Below are positions 36,163-49,571 of a DNA stretch of 64,000 nucleotides, one piece after another. Each line of letters starts with the position of its first letter. Position 1 is the first letter of the stretch. The notes below the pieces were generated by a model that saw only the letters and a list, made by a program, of their open reading frames with translations, was not told where the DNA came from and made no database searches. The DNA is from Mobula hypostoma (Eukaryota). Both the position numbers and the translations under genes were made by a program. The stretch covers positions 15,192,001 through 15,256,000 of the forward strand of contig NC_086109.1 of assembly GCF_963921235.1 (NCBI RefSeq). Reading direction: 5' to 3'.

Positions 36163-36696
36163 CACTCAGTTTTCACTTTATTAGCTACACCAGCTCATTA
36201 ATGCAAGTATCTAATCAGCCAATCACGTGGCAGCAATCCAAAGCATAAACGCGTACAGACACAGTCAAGAGGTTCAGTCGCTGTTCAGACCAAATATCAG
36301 AATGGGGAGGAAATGTGACCTAGGTAACTTTGACTGTGGAATGATTGTTGGTGCCAGCTGAGGTGGTTTGAGTATCTCAAACTACTGACCTCCTGGGATT
36401 TTCATGCACAACTGTCTCTAGAGTTTACGGAACATAATGTGGAAAACAAAAGAAAAAATCCAGTGAGCAGCAGTTCTGTGGGTCAGAGGAGAATGGCCAA
36501 ACTGGTTCAATCTGACAGAAAGGTGACAGAATTTAAAGTAACCACACATACAACAGTGGTGTGCAGAAGAGTCATCTCTGAACACACAACAGGTCGGACC
36601 TTGAAGTGGATGGGTTACAGCAGCAGAAGAGCACAAACATATACAGTGGCCACTTAATTATATACAGGAGGTATCTAATAAAGTGGCCACTGACTG
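36163..36696 (+). mobile_element. Non-autonomous Tc1-like element (transposase N-terminus only)
   Basis: TIR cactcagt(gg)ccactttattag; homologous to 56071 and 62108 copies. Confidence 0.85.
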
Positions 36697-37451
36697 CAAT
36701 GTCAATACATTGGAAACAGTTCAAAGAAAGTTACTTAAAGTTTATTGACCTAGAATGGGCAGACTTCCTCATGAGGAAACATTGGACAGGCCTGCTGGGG
36801 TATTCCCTGGAGGCTGAAAGAATGAGTGAAAAATTGACTGAACTATATAGTTGTGAGAATATTTGATCAGGTGGATGACGAGAGGATGTTTCATCTTGAG
36901 GGAGAATCTACAACTAGAGGATACTGTTTTAAAAAAAAAGGTTTTTCCCAATTAAGGTGGATAAATTGATTTTATTTTCCTTTCAGCGGAATTGTGAATG
37001 TTTGGGGAGAGGAAACAAATATGAAGATCTCTAAGGCAGAGTATATAAACTTTTGATGAGCAATGGGACGAAAGATTACCATGGATGAATAAGAATGCTG
37101 AGTTCAGGTTACAATCAAATCAGCCATATTCTTAATAAATTGTGCATCAGACTCAGGGGACTGAGTGTCCTAATTGTTTTCCAAATGTGTTTATCTGTAT
37201 ATTCCACCAGAGAGCAGCTTGATGTCTTATTTGAGCTGAGATGCCACATGCGAGCAGATCACTTTCCTCTTTGAACAGGGAGATGCATTACATGGATCCA
37301 AAGTTAGTAATAGAAGGGAGAGGTTAATGGTGGAGGGCTATTTTAGTGACTGGAACCCTGTGACCAGTGATGCATCACAGGAACTGAGACTGGCATTCCT
37401 GTGGTTTGTCATAGGCAGGAATAATTTAGATTTAACTGTATCCTACAGAGC

Positions 37452-37909
37452 AGCACACATAAAAGTTGCTGGTGAATGCAGCAGGCCAGGCAGCATCTAT
37501 AGGAAGAAGTACAGTCAATGTTTCGGGCCGAGACCCTTCGTCAGGACTAACTGAAAGAAGAGCTAGTAAGAGATTTGAAAGTGGGAGATCTGAAATGATA
37601 GGAGAAGACAGGAGGGGGAGGGATGGAGCTAAGAGTTGGAAAGTTGATTGGCAAAAGGGATATGAGAGGATCATGGGGCGGGAGGCCTAGGGAGAAAGAA
37701 AGGGAGAGGGGAGGGGGAAGCCCAGAGGATGGGCAAGGAGTATGGTGAAAGGGACAAAGGAGAGAGAGAGAAAAAAATAATAATAAATAACAGATGGAGT
37801 ACGAAGGGGAGGTGGAACATTAACAGAAGTTAGAGAAATCAATGTTCACCAGCAATTTTTATGTGTGTTGCTTGAAATTCCAGCATCTGCAGATTTCCTC
37901 GTTTTTGCG
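37452..37909 (-). mobile_element. Penelope-like insertion with inverted terminal segment
   Basis: Perfect 15-bp TSD tgtatcctacagagc (37437-37451, 37910-37924). Confidence 0.9.
37512..37549 (-). ncRNA. Minimal hammerhead ribozyme motif with intact CUGACGA/GAAA core
   Basis: Reverse complement: tagtc CTGACGA a ggg-tctcgg-ccc GAAA c att gactg. Confidence 0.65.
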
Positions 37910-38502
37910 TGTATCCTACAGAGCTATGGTTAGTAATTTTTTTCCGATGACACAAAAATTGGTGGTATTGTGGATAGTGTTGGGTCATAGGAAGACATTG
38001 ATTAGTTGTTAAAACGGGCAGAGCAATGGCAGATGGGATTTCACTCTATTCTCAGTGTGAGGTACAGAGGGGCTATGGTTTGCAAGTCTGGGGATTCCTG
38101 AAAGAGGCTGTACAGGTACATCAGGTGATAAAGAAGACATACTCCATATACTGCAGGATACTAACCTTCATAAGCCATAGCACAGAGTATAAGAGCAGGG
38201 AGATTATGGTACAATCTTATAACCCATTGCTGGGCCACAGTTAGGCTTCTGTGTTACATTTCTGGTCACTATACCGGAGGATAGACATTTTTCTCCCTAC
38301 AGAATGGGGTGCAGAAGAAATTCAAAGACAAAAGACAGAACTAATCTAGGGCAAAACCAGAATGCTGGAAGAATTCAGTTGGTGGTGGGCCGAGACTGGT
38401 AGATGAAAGGTAGATTCAGAGGGGGAGAGGATGATGGGCTGATGGAAAAAAGGTGGGGGACAAGGATGGGAAAGATGAACAAAGGGAGAAGAAAACCAGG
38501 TG

Positions 38503-38623
<121 letters not shown>

Positions 38624-39137
38624 AGTAAGGTGGGGTGAGGAGGACAGCAGAGTTGGACAACCTGAAGTTGGAAAATTCAATATTTCTGCCTTTGGGTTGT
38701 AATCTGCCATGCACTGCCAGAGTATGGAAAGAATATATGATCTCTTGATTGTTGGCATGGATATGGTGGGTCATTGTGTCCATTTTCATGCTTTATATCT
38801 CTATGAGTTTATGATCTCTGAGCTGCCTGCCCTCCCATTCATACAGTGATTATGAACTGTGGGAAACAGCTGAGACATTCCTTCTACCTACTCCTCCCCT
38901 CCAACTGGGCAGAGTCCTGCTAAGTTATTGTAGAGTGCCAACTCCAAGGGAAAAAAAATGAGGATTGGACATGTGCCAATCAGACAATGTCAACTGGTTG
39001 GGCTCTTTGGATGCCTGCAAGGAAATGAATCTCAAGGTATTATATGGTGACATGTACATACTTTGGTAATAAATTTACTTTGAACTTTGGCCTAAAAATG
39101 AAACAATTGTACTCTGATGTGAATATCATGCTGCTGA

Positions 39138-39497
39138 GATACATCCTAGGGTACGCTAGGTCACGTCATCAGTGATATAACCTGGGATCATTTCGATCTT
39201 TCAACATCAGGCACCCTCGCTCAGGCGACCCGACCAGGGTTGATCAGGCCCCGGCTTGTGTCCCAGCAGCATTGGTCCACGGGTCACACCTTTTGATCCA
39301 CAGCCATCTGGAGGCTTGCTCTGCAGCCCCTGTGACGGTCCGGATGGCTCTTCTCTTTGCAGGCCCCGTAATGCCAAGGAGAGAGTAGGTTCTGCAGAGC
39401 GAGCAGCCAGCAGAACCTCCACACCCCATCTCTATAGGCTCACATTGTGCCCTCCACCCCTGTCTCTGGCACTACTCTACCACCTCCTGGTATTTGA
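39138..39497 (-). mobile_element. 3' end of a HERO-clade (restriction-like endonuclease) non-LTR retrotransposon
   Basis: KYQEVVE*CQRQGWRAQCEPIEMGCGGSAG..LGITGPAKRRAIR..AAEQASRWLWIKR; 3'UTR ..atcactgatgacgtg. Confidence 0.7.
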
Positions 39498-40359
39498 ATT
39501 GCACCACTGCTAATCCAATTCTTTCAGAACCACAGTGTTTAGCCACTGATGTAGTTCATGTGGTGGGAGCTAGTTGCTATCCATTATGGTTTCTCAGGAA
39601 GCATTCCCCCATGTTTCACAGCCACTGTTTAAGATGCTTCTGCCATTCATCGCAGGTAGCTGGTTAAAGGTTAACAGCAAGGGCAAGAGCCTTTAATAGA
39701 TTTTCAAGGACGCCCATTTTGTAAAGTCTGATGAAAATGACCGGATTTCCTGGAGCCCTGCTATAACTGACTATGTGAAAGTGAAAAATTTAGTTTTTTT
39801 GCTAACTGCTGTTTCCTGGCATTGCTTTTTACGTCAGCAATGCAACGTTAACTGTCATCTTACCAATATTTTCACTGCTTCTTTTTCCTTCTTAATAATT
39901 ATCGCGGGAGGACACCTATGATGAAAAAAGTGAGCGAAGAACAACCTTCCCCTCCCTCAACTTCTATTATATGTACAATTGAAAATGGCAGGATCAGGGG
40001 CAGTCAATCCCCAATGTCAGTGAGTCTGCGTTTGAATCCGAGTCCATTGGAGACCAAAGAATACGGACTGTCTTGCGGTTAGATGACTGTGTGGAAGTGC
40101 GTTAGCGGAGGGGTTGGGAGGAGCAGGGCCTGTTTTGCTGTTGTTGTTTTGTTGCTTGTTGTGTTCTGTGTTGCTCTGCCAAGCGGCTGAAAGTGTGGTG
40201 ACACTGGCAGGCTGCCCCCAGCACATCCTTATGTCTGTTGGTTGCTGACACAAGCGACGTACTTCACCGTATGTTTCAATGTACACGCGATAAGTAAACT
40301 TGAATCTTCAGATAAATGTGAACCTTGACAGTGAAAGTTTCACATTACATTCTGGTTTA

Positions 40360-40960
40360 AGATGGCGTAGGTGAAGCCCAGCGACTACTTACTGGCAGAA
40401 AAATAAAACAAAGAATACAACTAAATACTTTCTTACTAACACGTTTTCGTGTAAATTTATGGTAAACAACCTTGCAAACAGTGGAGAGGTGAGTGAAAGT
40501 GAGGGTGAATGAGGGTCACAGCATGCGGGTGCAAGATGAAGTCAAGGCAAAGTTGGGGAGAACAGAATGGAGCAAAGTTGGAACAGAGGAGAGGCACATT
40601 TGAGGCCCCTCCACCTAAATAGAAAGCAAGTTTTGATCAATCTAAGTGCTAGGCTAATTTGCACAGGTCGGGGATGGGGTGAAACGTGGCGGGGGGTGGG
40701 GTCCAGGCCCAGAGTGTATCTATGGTCTCACTTTCACTCTGATTGCTGTTTGCTTATTTTTATTGTTTGCACAATTTTTTTTCTCTCTGTAAATTGGACG
40801 TTTGATGGTCTTTTTATTTTTTTTGGCTTTCTTTGCTCTGTGGCTGCCTGTAAGGAGACGAAATTCAAGGTTGTATAATGTTTATACATACTTTGATCAT
40901 AAATGTACTTTGACCTTTGGACTTTGACTAAGTTCATTTGTTGTGTTTGAACTTTGACCA
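40360..40960 (+). mobile_element. Non-autonomous LINE-derived element
   Basis: aagatggcg start; tail ataaatgtactttgacctttg. Confidence 0.55.
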
Positions 40961-40969
40961 AGCTCATCT

Positions 40970-41965
40970 ATGCTCTTCTAGGATTAACCGAATAAATGAT
41001 TGGACCCTGGGAAACATTGATGAACAGAGGACCTTAGGATACAAGTCCATAGATCTGTAAAAGTGGTAGCACAGGTGTAAAAAGAAAGAATAAGGGACAC
41101 TTACATTCATTTGCCATGGTGTAGAATATAAAGAGCTCGATTGCCATGTTACAACTTTATTAGGGCACGTCTGGGGTATTCTGCTTGCCACAAGGACATA
41201 CAGTATTTGCAGCGGAGATGCACCAGGATGTACAAAATTTCTATTATGAGAAACGACTGCATAGGCTGGGCTTGCATAAAGACAACTGTCAGGATGGAAA
41301 AACAGTTCCTTCCCTCAGGCCATCAGGTTTCTGAACTCCCTGCCTCATCACATTCAAAGTGTCAGTGGTTAATTTGTTCTGTACCCTGTAATATTTAATT
41401 TATGCTCTTTACTTTGTTTTTTGTGCGTAATTCATTTGCAGATTTTTTTCTTATTTTCCTAAGTTATTGTGTGTTATATGTGTGTTATGTGTACTACTGT
41501 GCTTTACACACTGGTCCAGAAAAACATTGTTTCGTTTGATGATATACATGTATAGTTAAATGACAATAAACTTGACTTGACTTGAGTTGTTTTCCTTGGA
41601 GCTAAAAAGGCTGAGAGATGATTTGATAGAGGTATATAAAATACTGAGGAAGACAGAAAACATACAGAATAAAAATCTTTTTCTCAGGGTAGATGTGTCA
41701 AAGATGAAAGGGCATAGGTTTAAGAGGAGATCAAAGAGGAGTGATTTTTAAACATAGCGTGATTGAAGTTTGGAATGCACTGTCTGAAGAGTTGAGGAAG
41801 CAGGTACTCTCATGATATTTAACAAGCATCCAGACAAGCACTTACATTGCCAAGGCATTGAAGGGTACAGACTTTAACATACGCAGGTAAATGGGATTAG
41901 TGTAACTAAATACGACAGATCACATGGACATGTTGGGTGGAAAGACCTGTTTCTGTATGACTACG
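40970..41965 (+). mobile_element. Decayed CR1 3' region with nested Rex1-type tail (41285-41585)
   Basis: gatgaacagagggaccttagg.., ctgagagatgatttgatagaggtatataaa. Confidence 0.65.
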
Positions 41966-42539
41966 AAATGCAGATCATTTGGCTCAGGGCACTAAAGGTA
42001 TAGGTTCTTGGCATGAGGTTCTTGACCAGTGGACTCCCACCTTTCTGTATTAGTCCCATCGCTCAGCATTTGGTTCATAGCCCTCCAACAACACCACTGA
42101 AAGTTAATATGCATTTGTGCGATCTTTCTTTGAAAATCGTCACTCATATTGATCTACATTTCAACAATCAGGATATTAACAAAGTAACTCAATGATTGTA
42201 AAGCACTTTGAAACATTTTGAAGATTTGGGAAGCAGCACTGGATTCCCATCAAGAGGGTGTGATGCAGCTGAGATCTCCTGACTGACTATGTTTCAATGT
42301 CTTGAGGCATGTGGTATTGTGATTCCAAGATCTGATTTTAACTATGGTGTAAAAGTATCAAGAACTGTTGACAAAATGTAATCACCTCAAATGCAAGGTC
42401 TTTTAATCATGAACCGGCATTACAGTTAAGGAATTTACTGTCTGAGTAAACGTATTGCTCTCAAGAATTCACTGACTAGAGTGCAGGAGCTTGTGTCAGG
42501 GTCACTAGCGAATTCAAGTGCAGGAATCCCAGTGACTTT

Positions 42540-42955
42540 GGCAATTCAGATAAAACAAAAGAGTTATTACAGAAATTAACCAGCAAAACAAACTTGAATT
42601 CAGGCAAACTATACAGGATCTTGAAGAACTGAAATCACTCACGGTACATAGAGGAACTCGATCAGAGTTTTACCAGATATGGATTCATGATCAAGCAAAG
42701 AGGAGTTGGCAAGCCCCCTTGAAATACACCCCGGAGCACATAGGAATTCAGGACCAATCAGGCAGCCCCAGTGTCCAGATGCAGCAATAACCCCCAAAGA
42801 CAACCATAATGCAAGATGTTGAAACTACCGTACTAATTAAATTATCCCAAATTGAATAAAAGTGATAAATACAAAGAGAGCTTAAAAATCTCCATGATAC
42901 CAAATGAGACACCTGCAAAACAAAGTGAAAACCCAGAGTAGGTTCAAAGACAAAC
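42540..42955 (+). pseudogene. Possible Gypsy pol C-terminal remnant
   Basis: QIKQKSYY..GS*RTEITHGT*RNSIRVL..NKVKTQSRFKD resembles the post-integrase region; many stops. Confidence 0.35.
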
Positions 42956-44701
42956 AATTAGATATAAAGGATACACAATCTATGGAACACCTCATACTGG
43001 AGAACATGCAATCCACAACGATCCCTGGTTGTGACAAGCTAGTATGAAAGGCCTCAAGTCCTGACTGCGTGCATTCGTGTTCAGGAAAGTCACTGTACAT
43101 TAAATGGCTTCAGGAAATGACTATAGTACACAGGCAAAAGAAATGCCAAAATTGCTAAAGATGGCAGAAATCTGAAATTAAACCTGAAAATTGTGTAATA
43201 CTCAACAAGTGAGATAGCTTCTAGGTGGAGAAAAAATGGTTGTAATGAAAACTCATAAACCTGAAATGTCAACTCTGCCTTCCTCTTCTTAAATGCTGAA
43301 TAATCTGTTCAGTATTTCCAGCGTTCTCTGTTTTAATTGAAACATAATAATTTCATGAGCTAGCTGTAATAAAAAAGAACCTCTTAGGATCTGAATGTCT
43401 GTAGTGTAAGGGTCTTAAATTTTGCTTCTATAAAACTCTTGAGGCTTATTGATTGCATGGAGATAATAAAATGAGGAATATGCCGAGCTCTTAGTGTGTC
43501 GTCTTTCACCAGTAAACTGCACCTTCCCATTGTATGTTATGGTATAAATAAATTATGATGTGATGTTATTTATAGTGATGTTGGCACATGTATTTGTGTG
43601 ATGCATTTCCATTTTAACAGGATTTTTATCACATTTATAAATAAAAAAAGTGTTGCCTTTTATTTATTGATTTGGAAGGTGTTTGGTTGTGAATTATACT
43701 CAGCCTTAAATGATAGTCGACATTGAAAAGATCAATACAAGTTGAACAATCTAACCTAAGTTAACACATTGTGAAGCAGGTGTAATATATTGTGTTCTAA
43801 AGAGTATAAAAGTAGAAAGAAAATGCAATCATAAATGTCAAATAATTTTATATTTTAAAATATCATCCGGGAGTAGAACAAAATCTGGCATACTATATAT
43901 TGTGTTCTTCCTATCAACAGAGCTTCATTTGGTCAAACAGTAGACTTTGAGTCAGAAGGCTGTGAGTTCAAAACCTTTCACTCCAGATACTTGGACATAT
44001 TGTCTAGACAGGTACCTGTTATTCAGTTGTGAGGGAGATCTCCAATGTGAAAGATGCTGTCTTTGGGATGGGATTCCAAACCCAAATCCCTTCTGTGGCT
44101 GAAGGGTACTATAAAGAATTTATTCCAAATAAGACAAAAGCATATTACCCTTGAATTTTTTCCCTTCTGCCGGTATCTCTAAGTTCTGTTTAACTGGCTA
44201 TTATGATATAGTCAGACCTAGCTCCATTCTCTAAAATACTTACAGACCTAGTGGAACAAACATTTTAAAAAATCTGTTCTTTGTCTCTTCTGATTCAACA
44301 AAGGATATTTGCGAATGTATTTGCAATCAAAGGAGTCACTGTACATGTGTTAAATCACAAGAAATCACTTTATTAAAGTTATATAAAACATGCAATACAG
44401 AAGGGAAATAATCGCTCAATATATTAGTGATACAGAAAGCAAACTAATACTTATCATCCACTGATCTGCAGAATGCTGAAGGGAACCACAGATCTGAAAA
44501 GTCTCACATATCCTTTTTCCTCTCCCTCCTTCTTGACATAATTTCACCCTCTCGATGAACTTGTTCCTGTCTTCTCCAATGCTTAGCACTGGCACTGGTC
44601 ATGATCCCATTTAAGAATATTCCCCTTTACACAAAGCAAGTGCCCCTTTTTATACCCTTGAAGATCTCTTCAAAACTCTAACACAACTCTTAACATCCCT
44701 T

Positions 44702-45473
44702 CCAGCACTTTTCACTGCATGTGGCCAAAGTGCTCAACCTGCCCATTCACCTCCATTCCAGGCCCTAAACAGTCCTTCCAGGTGAGGCGACACTTCACCT
44801 GTGAATCTGCTGGGGTTGTCTGTTGTGTTCTGTGCTCCCAATGTGGCCTCCCCTACATTGGTGAGACCTGCTGTAACTTGGGGGACTGCTTCGCTGAGGA
44901 CTTCCGCTCCATCTTCTGGTGGCCAAACATTTTAATTCAGGTTATCATTCCCGTTCCGACATGTAGGTCCATGTCCTCCTCTTGTGCCAAGGTGAGGCCA
45001 GCCTTACGGTGGAGAAGCAGCACCTTATGTTCCATCTGGGCAGCCTCCAACCTGATGGCACGATTATCGATTTCTCCTTACGGTAAAACATTTTTCTCCC
45101 CTCCTCGTCTATTTTTGTATTCCCCACTCTAGCTTCTTACCTCTTCTTACCTGCCTATCACCTCCCCCTGGGTCCCCTCCTCCTTCCCTTTCTCCTACGG
45201 TCCTCTCTCCTCTCCTATCAGATTCCTTCCTCTCCAGCCCTTTATCTTTCCTTCCCACTTGGCTTCACCTATCACCTTCTAGCTATCCTTCTTCCTCTCC
45301 CCCCATCTTTTTATTCTGGTACCTTCCCTTCCCTTTCCAGTCTTAAAGAAGGATCCTGGCTTGAATCGTCAACTGTGTATTCATTTCCATAGATGCTGCC
45401 TGACTGCTGAGATCCTCCAGCATTTTGTGTGTGTTGCTTTGGATTTTCATCATCTGCAGCATTCTGTGTGTTT
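44702..45473 (+). mobile_element. Penelope-like (Neptune-type) element 3' part: GIY-YIG endonuclease, 3'UTR, hammerhead, terminus
   Basis: KCSTC..HFTCESAGVVCCVLCSQCGLPYIGET..LGDCFAE; pyrimidine-rich UTR; degenerate motif at 45337-45375. Confidence 0.88.
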
Positions 45474-45596
45474 ATCATTTCTTACCCCAGTACTTTCTCA
45501 TTATAAGGCACCATTTGGTACCTGCACAATGAACTCACCTTCCTTCGACAAACATGTATTCATCACTATCTCCACTCAAGGCTGTAAACTTGCACT

Positions 45597-46197
45597 CCTT
45601 TATACTTTATTGTCGCCAAACAATTGATACTAGAATGTACAATCATCACAGCGATATTTGATTCTGCACTTCCCGCTCCCTGGATTACAAATCGATAGTA
45701 AATATTAAAAATTTAAATTATAAATCATAAATAGAAAATAGAAAAATGGAAAATAAGGTAGTGCAAAAAAAACCGAGAGGCAGGTCTGGATATTTGGAGG
45801 GTACGGCCCAGATCCGGGTCAGGATCCGTTCAGCAGTCTTATCACAGTTGGAAAGAAGCTGTTCCCAAATCTGGCCGTACGAGTCTTCAAGCTCCTGAGC
45901 CTTCTCCTGGAGGGAAGAGGGACAAAAAGTGTGTTGGCTGGGTGGGTCATGTCCTTGATTATCCTGGCAGCACTGCTCCGACAGCGTGCGGTGTAAAGTG
46001 AGTCCAAGGATGGAAGATTGGTTTGTGTGATGTGCTGGGCTGTGTTCACCATCTTCTGCAGCTTCTTCCGGTCTTGGACAGGACAACTTCCATACCAGGT
46101 TGTGATGCACCCTAGAATAATGCTTTCTATGGTGCATCTATAAAAATTAGTGAGGGTTTTTGGGGACAGGTGAAATTTCTTTAGTTTTCTCAGGAAC
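45597..46197 (-). mobile_element. Rex1-type LINE 3' end, intact C-terminal frame
   Basis: FLRKLKKF..FYRCTIESIILGCITTWYG..LPSRRRLRS..NSFFPTVIRLLN. Confidence 0.88.
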
Positions 46198-46819
46198 TTT
46201 CTCAAAACAATTTCAGTCAAGGCTAACACCATTTTATTCTCCAAACTTCCATTGTAATTCAGCATATAGCAAGGAGGAATCACGTTTAACTCTTTTATTA
46301 CACCTAGCCAATTTAGTAAACTATTCATTGACTGCTAAAGAGTTTTGGAACTTCTTGAATTTGAGAAGGGTGCTATATGTTTGTAATTTCAGCCGCCCAT
46401 TAGTTGCAGGCCACAGCCTCAGTTCAGCGCAGAGTCAAGTAAACCTCATGGAGCAGCGAGCCTAAAAGGCCTGTCCCTGGCCTCTAGCCCCGACAACTTG
46501 ACCTTTTCAATCTGTTCTGGTGCTTAAATCATCCAAAGCTCAGGTCGTTCCTCACTCTCAGGCCTGGGGCCTTGCTCTTCGATACATTCTCAGGCCGAGG
46601 ATCCATCAAATTTCAGGTCCCTCCTCCCTCTCGGGGCCAGATGCGGGCCCTGAAGCCTTGACTCTGCCTCGCCTCCACTCACCTTGGTTTGATTTATTAT
46701 CAATAATTATCATTTATTAATGATCATCTTTTTAAAATGTCTTTATTAAGAATGATATGGACTGAAAATGTATCACCAGTTTTACAAGGTTATACAAAGT
46801 CAAAATCTATCACCTTGGA

Positions 46820-47092
46820 GTATTTATTTATTTATTGAGAAACAGCATGGAATATGCCTTTCTGGCCCTTCGAGCTGTGCCACTCTGCAATAATCCCCAG
46901 ATTTAATTGTAGCCTAATCATGGGACAATTTACAATGACCAATTTGCTTACCAATCAGTAGGTCTTTGGACTGTGGGAGAAAACGCACGTGGTCACGGTG
47001 AGAACTTAGAAACTCCTTACAGGCAGCGCGGGAACTGAACCTGGGTCGCTGGTACCGCAAGGCGTTGTGCTAACCACTACGCTACCGTGTCA
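46820..47092 (-). mobile_element. V-domain SINE (HE1-like)
   Basis: ctttggactgtgggag..taaccactacgctaccg. Confidence 0.75.
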
Positions 47093-47569
47093 CGTACTGC
47101 GTTAAAGGTAGAAAAGCCCACGGAACACAATACCCATCTGCTCCTGAGGGATGAGGTTGGACATTCAGCTTTTCTGCGGAAGTCATTGAAACAACTCCTC
47201 ATTACAGCATTCAGCTGGGTCCTGAGTGACCTCAAAGGTTTTGCATCCAAATGAATGTCTATTAGTCTAAACTGTTGAACTAGTGAAGTGTGAAGACTGA
47301 TGTAAAATACCAGCTTAGTTATTCTGTTGACCCCTTATTTCTCATTATTAATTAACTCATACTTTAATTTTTAGGACCAATGCTTATTTCGGTAACTTTT
47401 AAAAAAATCAATAGAAAGTCTTGCCATTTATGTTTACATTTCTAGCTAACTTCATATCCTATTCCTTCCTTATTAATCTTTTAGTTATTCTTATCCTTTT
47501 TTATATTCCTGTCTAATCTTCTGATCCGCATCAGTATTTTTTCTGCTATTAGATGTGTTTTTTATTAAA

Positions 47570-47822
47570 ACTTTGAGATACAGCGTGGAACAGGCTGATC
47601 TGGCTCAATGACCCTAATCAGAGGATAATTTACAATGATCAAGTAACCTACCAACTGGTGCAACTTTGGACTGTGGGAGGAAACGGGAGCACCCGGAGAA
47701 AACCCACGTGGTCATGGGGAGAGTGTATAAACTCCTTATAATTGGCATCTGAATTGAACTCTGAATTCCAACACTCAGAGCTGTAATAGCGTCACGTTCA
47801 CCGCTCTGCTACCGTGGCACCC
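47570..47822 (-). mobile_element. V-domain SINE (HE1-like), inside an old minus-strand CR1 remnant (~47340-50160)
   Basis: gtgggaggaaacgggagcacccggagaaaacccacg. Confidence 0.8.
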
Positions 47823-48267
47823 ATAAATTTGATACACCTCTTAAGTTCTACAGTTAGTCACAAATGGAGGATACTTCCTGTTGGAATGTATCAATTCTGT
47901 TTATTCTGAAAGATCTCTTTAAATGTCCACCACTGCATCTCCATTGACCAATTTCTTGATCTAACGTATCCATATATTTCAGCTAGTTTTCTTTTCATGG
48001 GCTTGCAACTACCTATGCTGAAATGATTGGGCATGGACCTGTTGTTCTCTCTCCAAAATTGAATGTAAAATTCAATCACATTATATTTACCATGGTCACT
48101 AATCAATTCTGTCTCATTGACTAATACCCTTTAGTACAGTCGGATCTCTGGTTGTCACCAGAATGTGATGTTTGACAAAACTTCTCAAAACTTAGCAATG
48201 AGTTCTTAACTACAGCTACCTTTAACTCCAATTTTTCCCGTATATATGTAGATCAAAATATCGCTGT

Positions 48268-49400
48268 TAGAAACCATAGAAACTACAGCACAGAAACAGG
48301 CCTTTTGGCCCTTCTTGGCTGTGCCGAACCATTTTCTGCCTAGTCCCACTGACCTGCACACGGACCATATCCCTCCATACACCTCCCATCCATGTATCTG
48401 TCCAATTTATTCTTAAATGTTAAAAAAGAACCCGCATTTACCACCTCATCTGGCAGCTCATTCCTTACTCCCATCACTGTCTGTGTGAAGAAGCCCACAC
48501 TAATGTTCCCTTTAAACTTTTCCCCCCTCACCCTTAACCCATGTCCTCTGGTTTTTTTCTCCCCTTGCCTCAGTGGAAAAAACCTGCTTGCATTCACTCT
48601 ATCAATACCCATCATAATTTTATATACCTCTATCAAATCACCCCTCATTCTTCTATGCTCCAGGGAATAAAGTCCAACCTATTCAACCTTTCTCTGTAAC
48701 TGAGTTTCTCAAGTCCCGGCAACATCCTTGTAAACCTTCTCTGCACTCTTTCAACCTTATTTATATCCTTCCTGTAATTTGGTGACCAAAACTGAACACA
48801 ATACTCCAGATTTGGCCTCACCAGTGCCTTATACAACCTCATCATAACATTCCAGCTCTTATACTCAGTACTTTGATTAATAAAGGCCAATGTACCAAAA
48901 GCTCTCTTTACGACTTTATCTACTTGTGACGCCACTTTTAGGGAATTTTGTATCTGTATTCCCAGATCCCTCTGTTCTATTGCACTCCTCAGTGCCTTAC
49001 CATTAACCCTGTATGTTCTATCTTGGTTTGTCCTTCCAACGTGCAATACCTCACACTTGTCTGTATTAAACTCCATTTGCCATTTTTCAGCCCATTTTTC
49101 CAGCTGGTCCAAGTCCCTCTGCAGGCTCTGAAAACCTTCCTCACTGTCTACTACACCTCCAATCTTTGTATCATCAGCAAATTTGCTGATCCAATTTACC
49201 ACATTATCATCCAGATCATTGATATAGATGACAAATAACAATGGACCTAGCACTGATCCCTGTGGCACACCACTAGTCACAGGCCTCCACTCCGAGAAGC
49301 AATTCTCTACCACCACTCTTTGGCTTCTTCCATTGAGCCAATGTCTAGTCCAATTTACCACCTCTCCATGTATACCTAGCGACTGAATTTTCCTAACCAA
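48268..49400 (-). mobile_element. Young 5'-truncated CR1 LINE, RT C-terminal half with one frameshift (~48670)
   Basis: ORFs 48645-49400 (GVPQGSVLGPLLF, FADD) and 48340-48648; tail ttctatggtttcta. Confidence 0.95.
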
Positions 49401-49571
49401 TTTATTGGCATATTGTCCTGTCCTAACAAGCTCCCATTAGTTTTCCTTCCTTAGTTTTTCCTATTGTATGGCTATTCTTAGGGAGCCTTTACACAACTTA
49501 CAAAGTGACTTTCAGCTTTTATTATGTTTCATCTCCACTCACTCTAGTTTCTTGAACTTGGATTATTTTGC

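Larger units (their letters stand above)
33690..37200 (+). mobile_element. Old fragmented CR1 ORF2 hosting nested MITE, RTE and Tc1 inserts
   Basis: Decayed blocks such as cagatgaattaaac..tattttgcatcag, ttaaatttgctgat, aatcagccat tail. Confidence 0.6.
37290..38340 (+). mobile_element. Decayed CR1 RT fragment split by a Penelope insert
   Basis: MVEGYFSDWNPVTS; 'DDTKIGGIVDS' coding at ~37945-37980. Confidence 0.7.

Noticed and set aside
44330..44700. Third LTR (minus-strand TATA and AATAAA)
   Set aside because: No definable TG..CA ends or TSD
48340..49400. Functional reverse transcriptase gene
   Set aside because: 5'-truncated CR1 with a frameshift; lacks endonuclease and N-terminal RT domains
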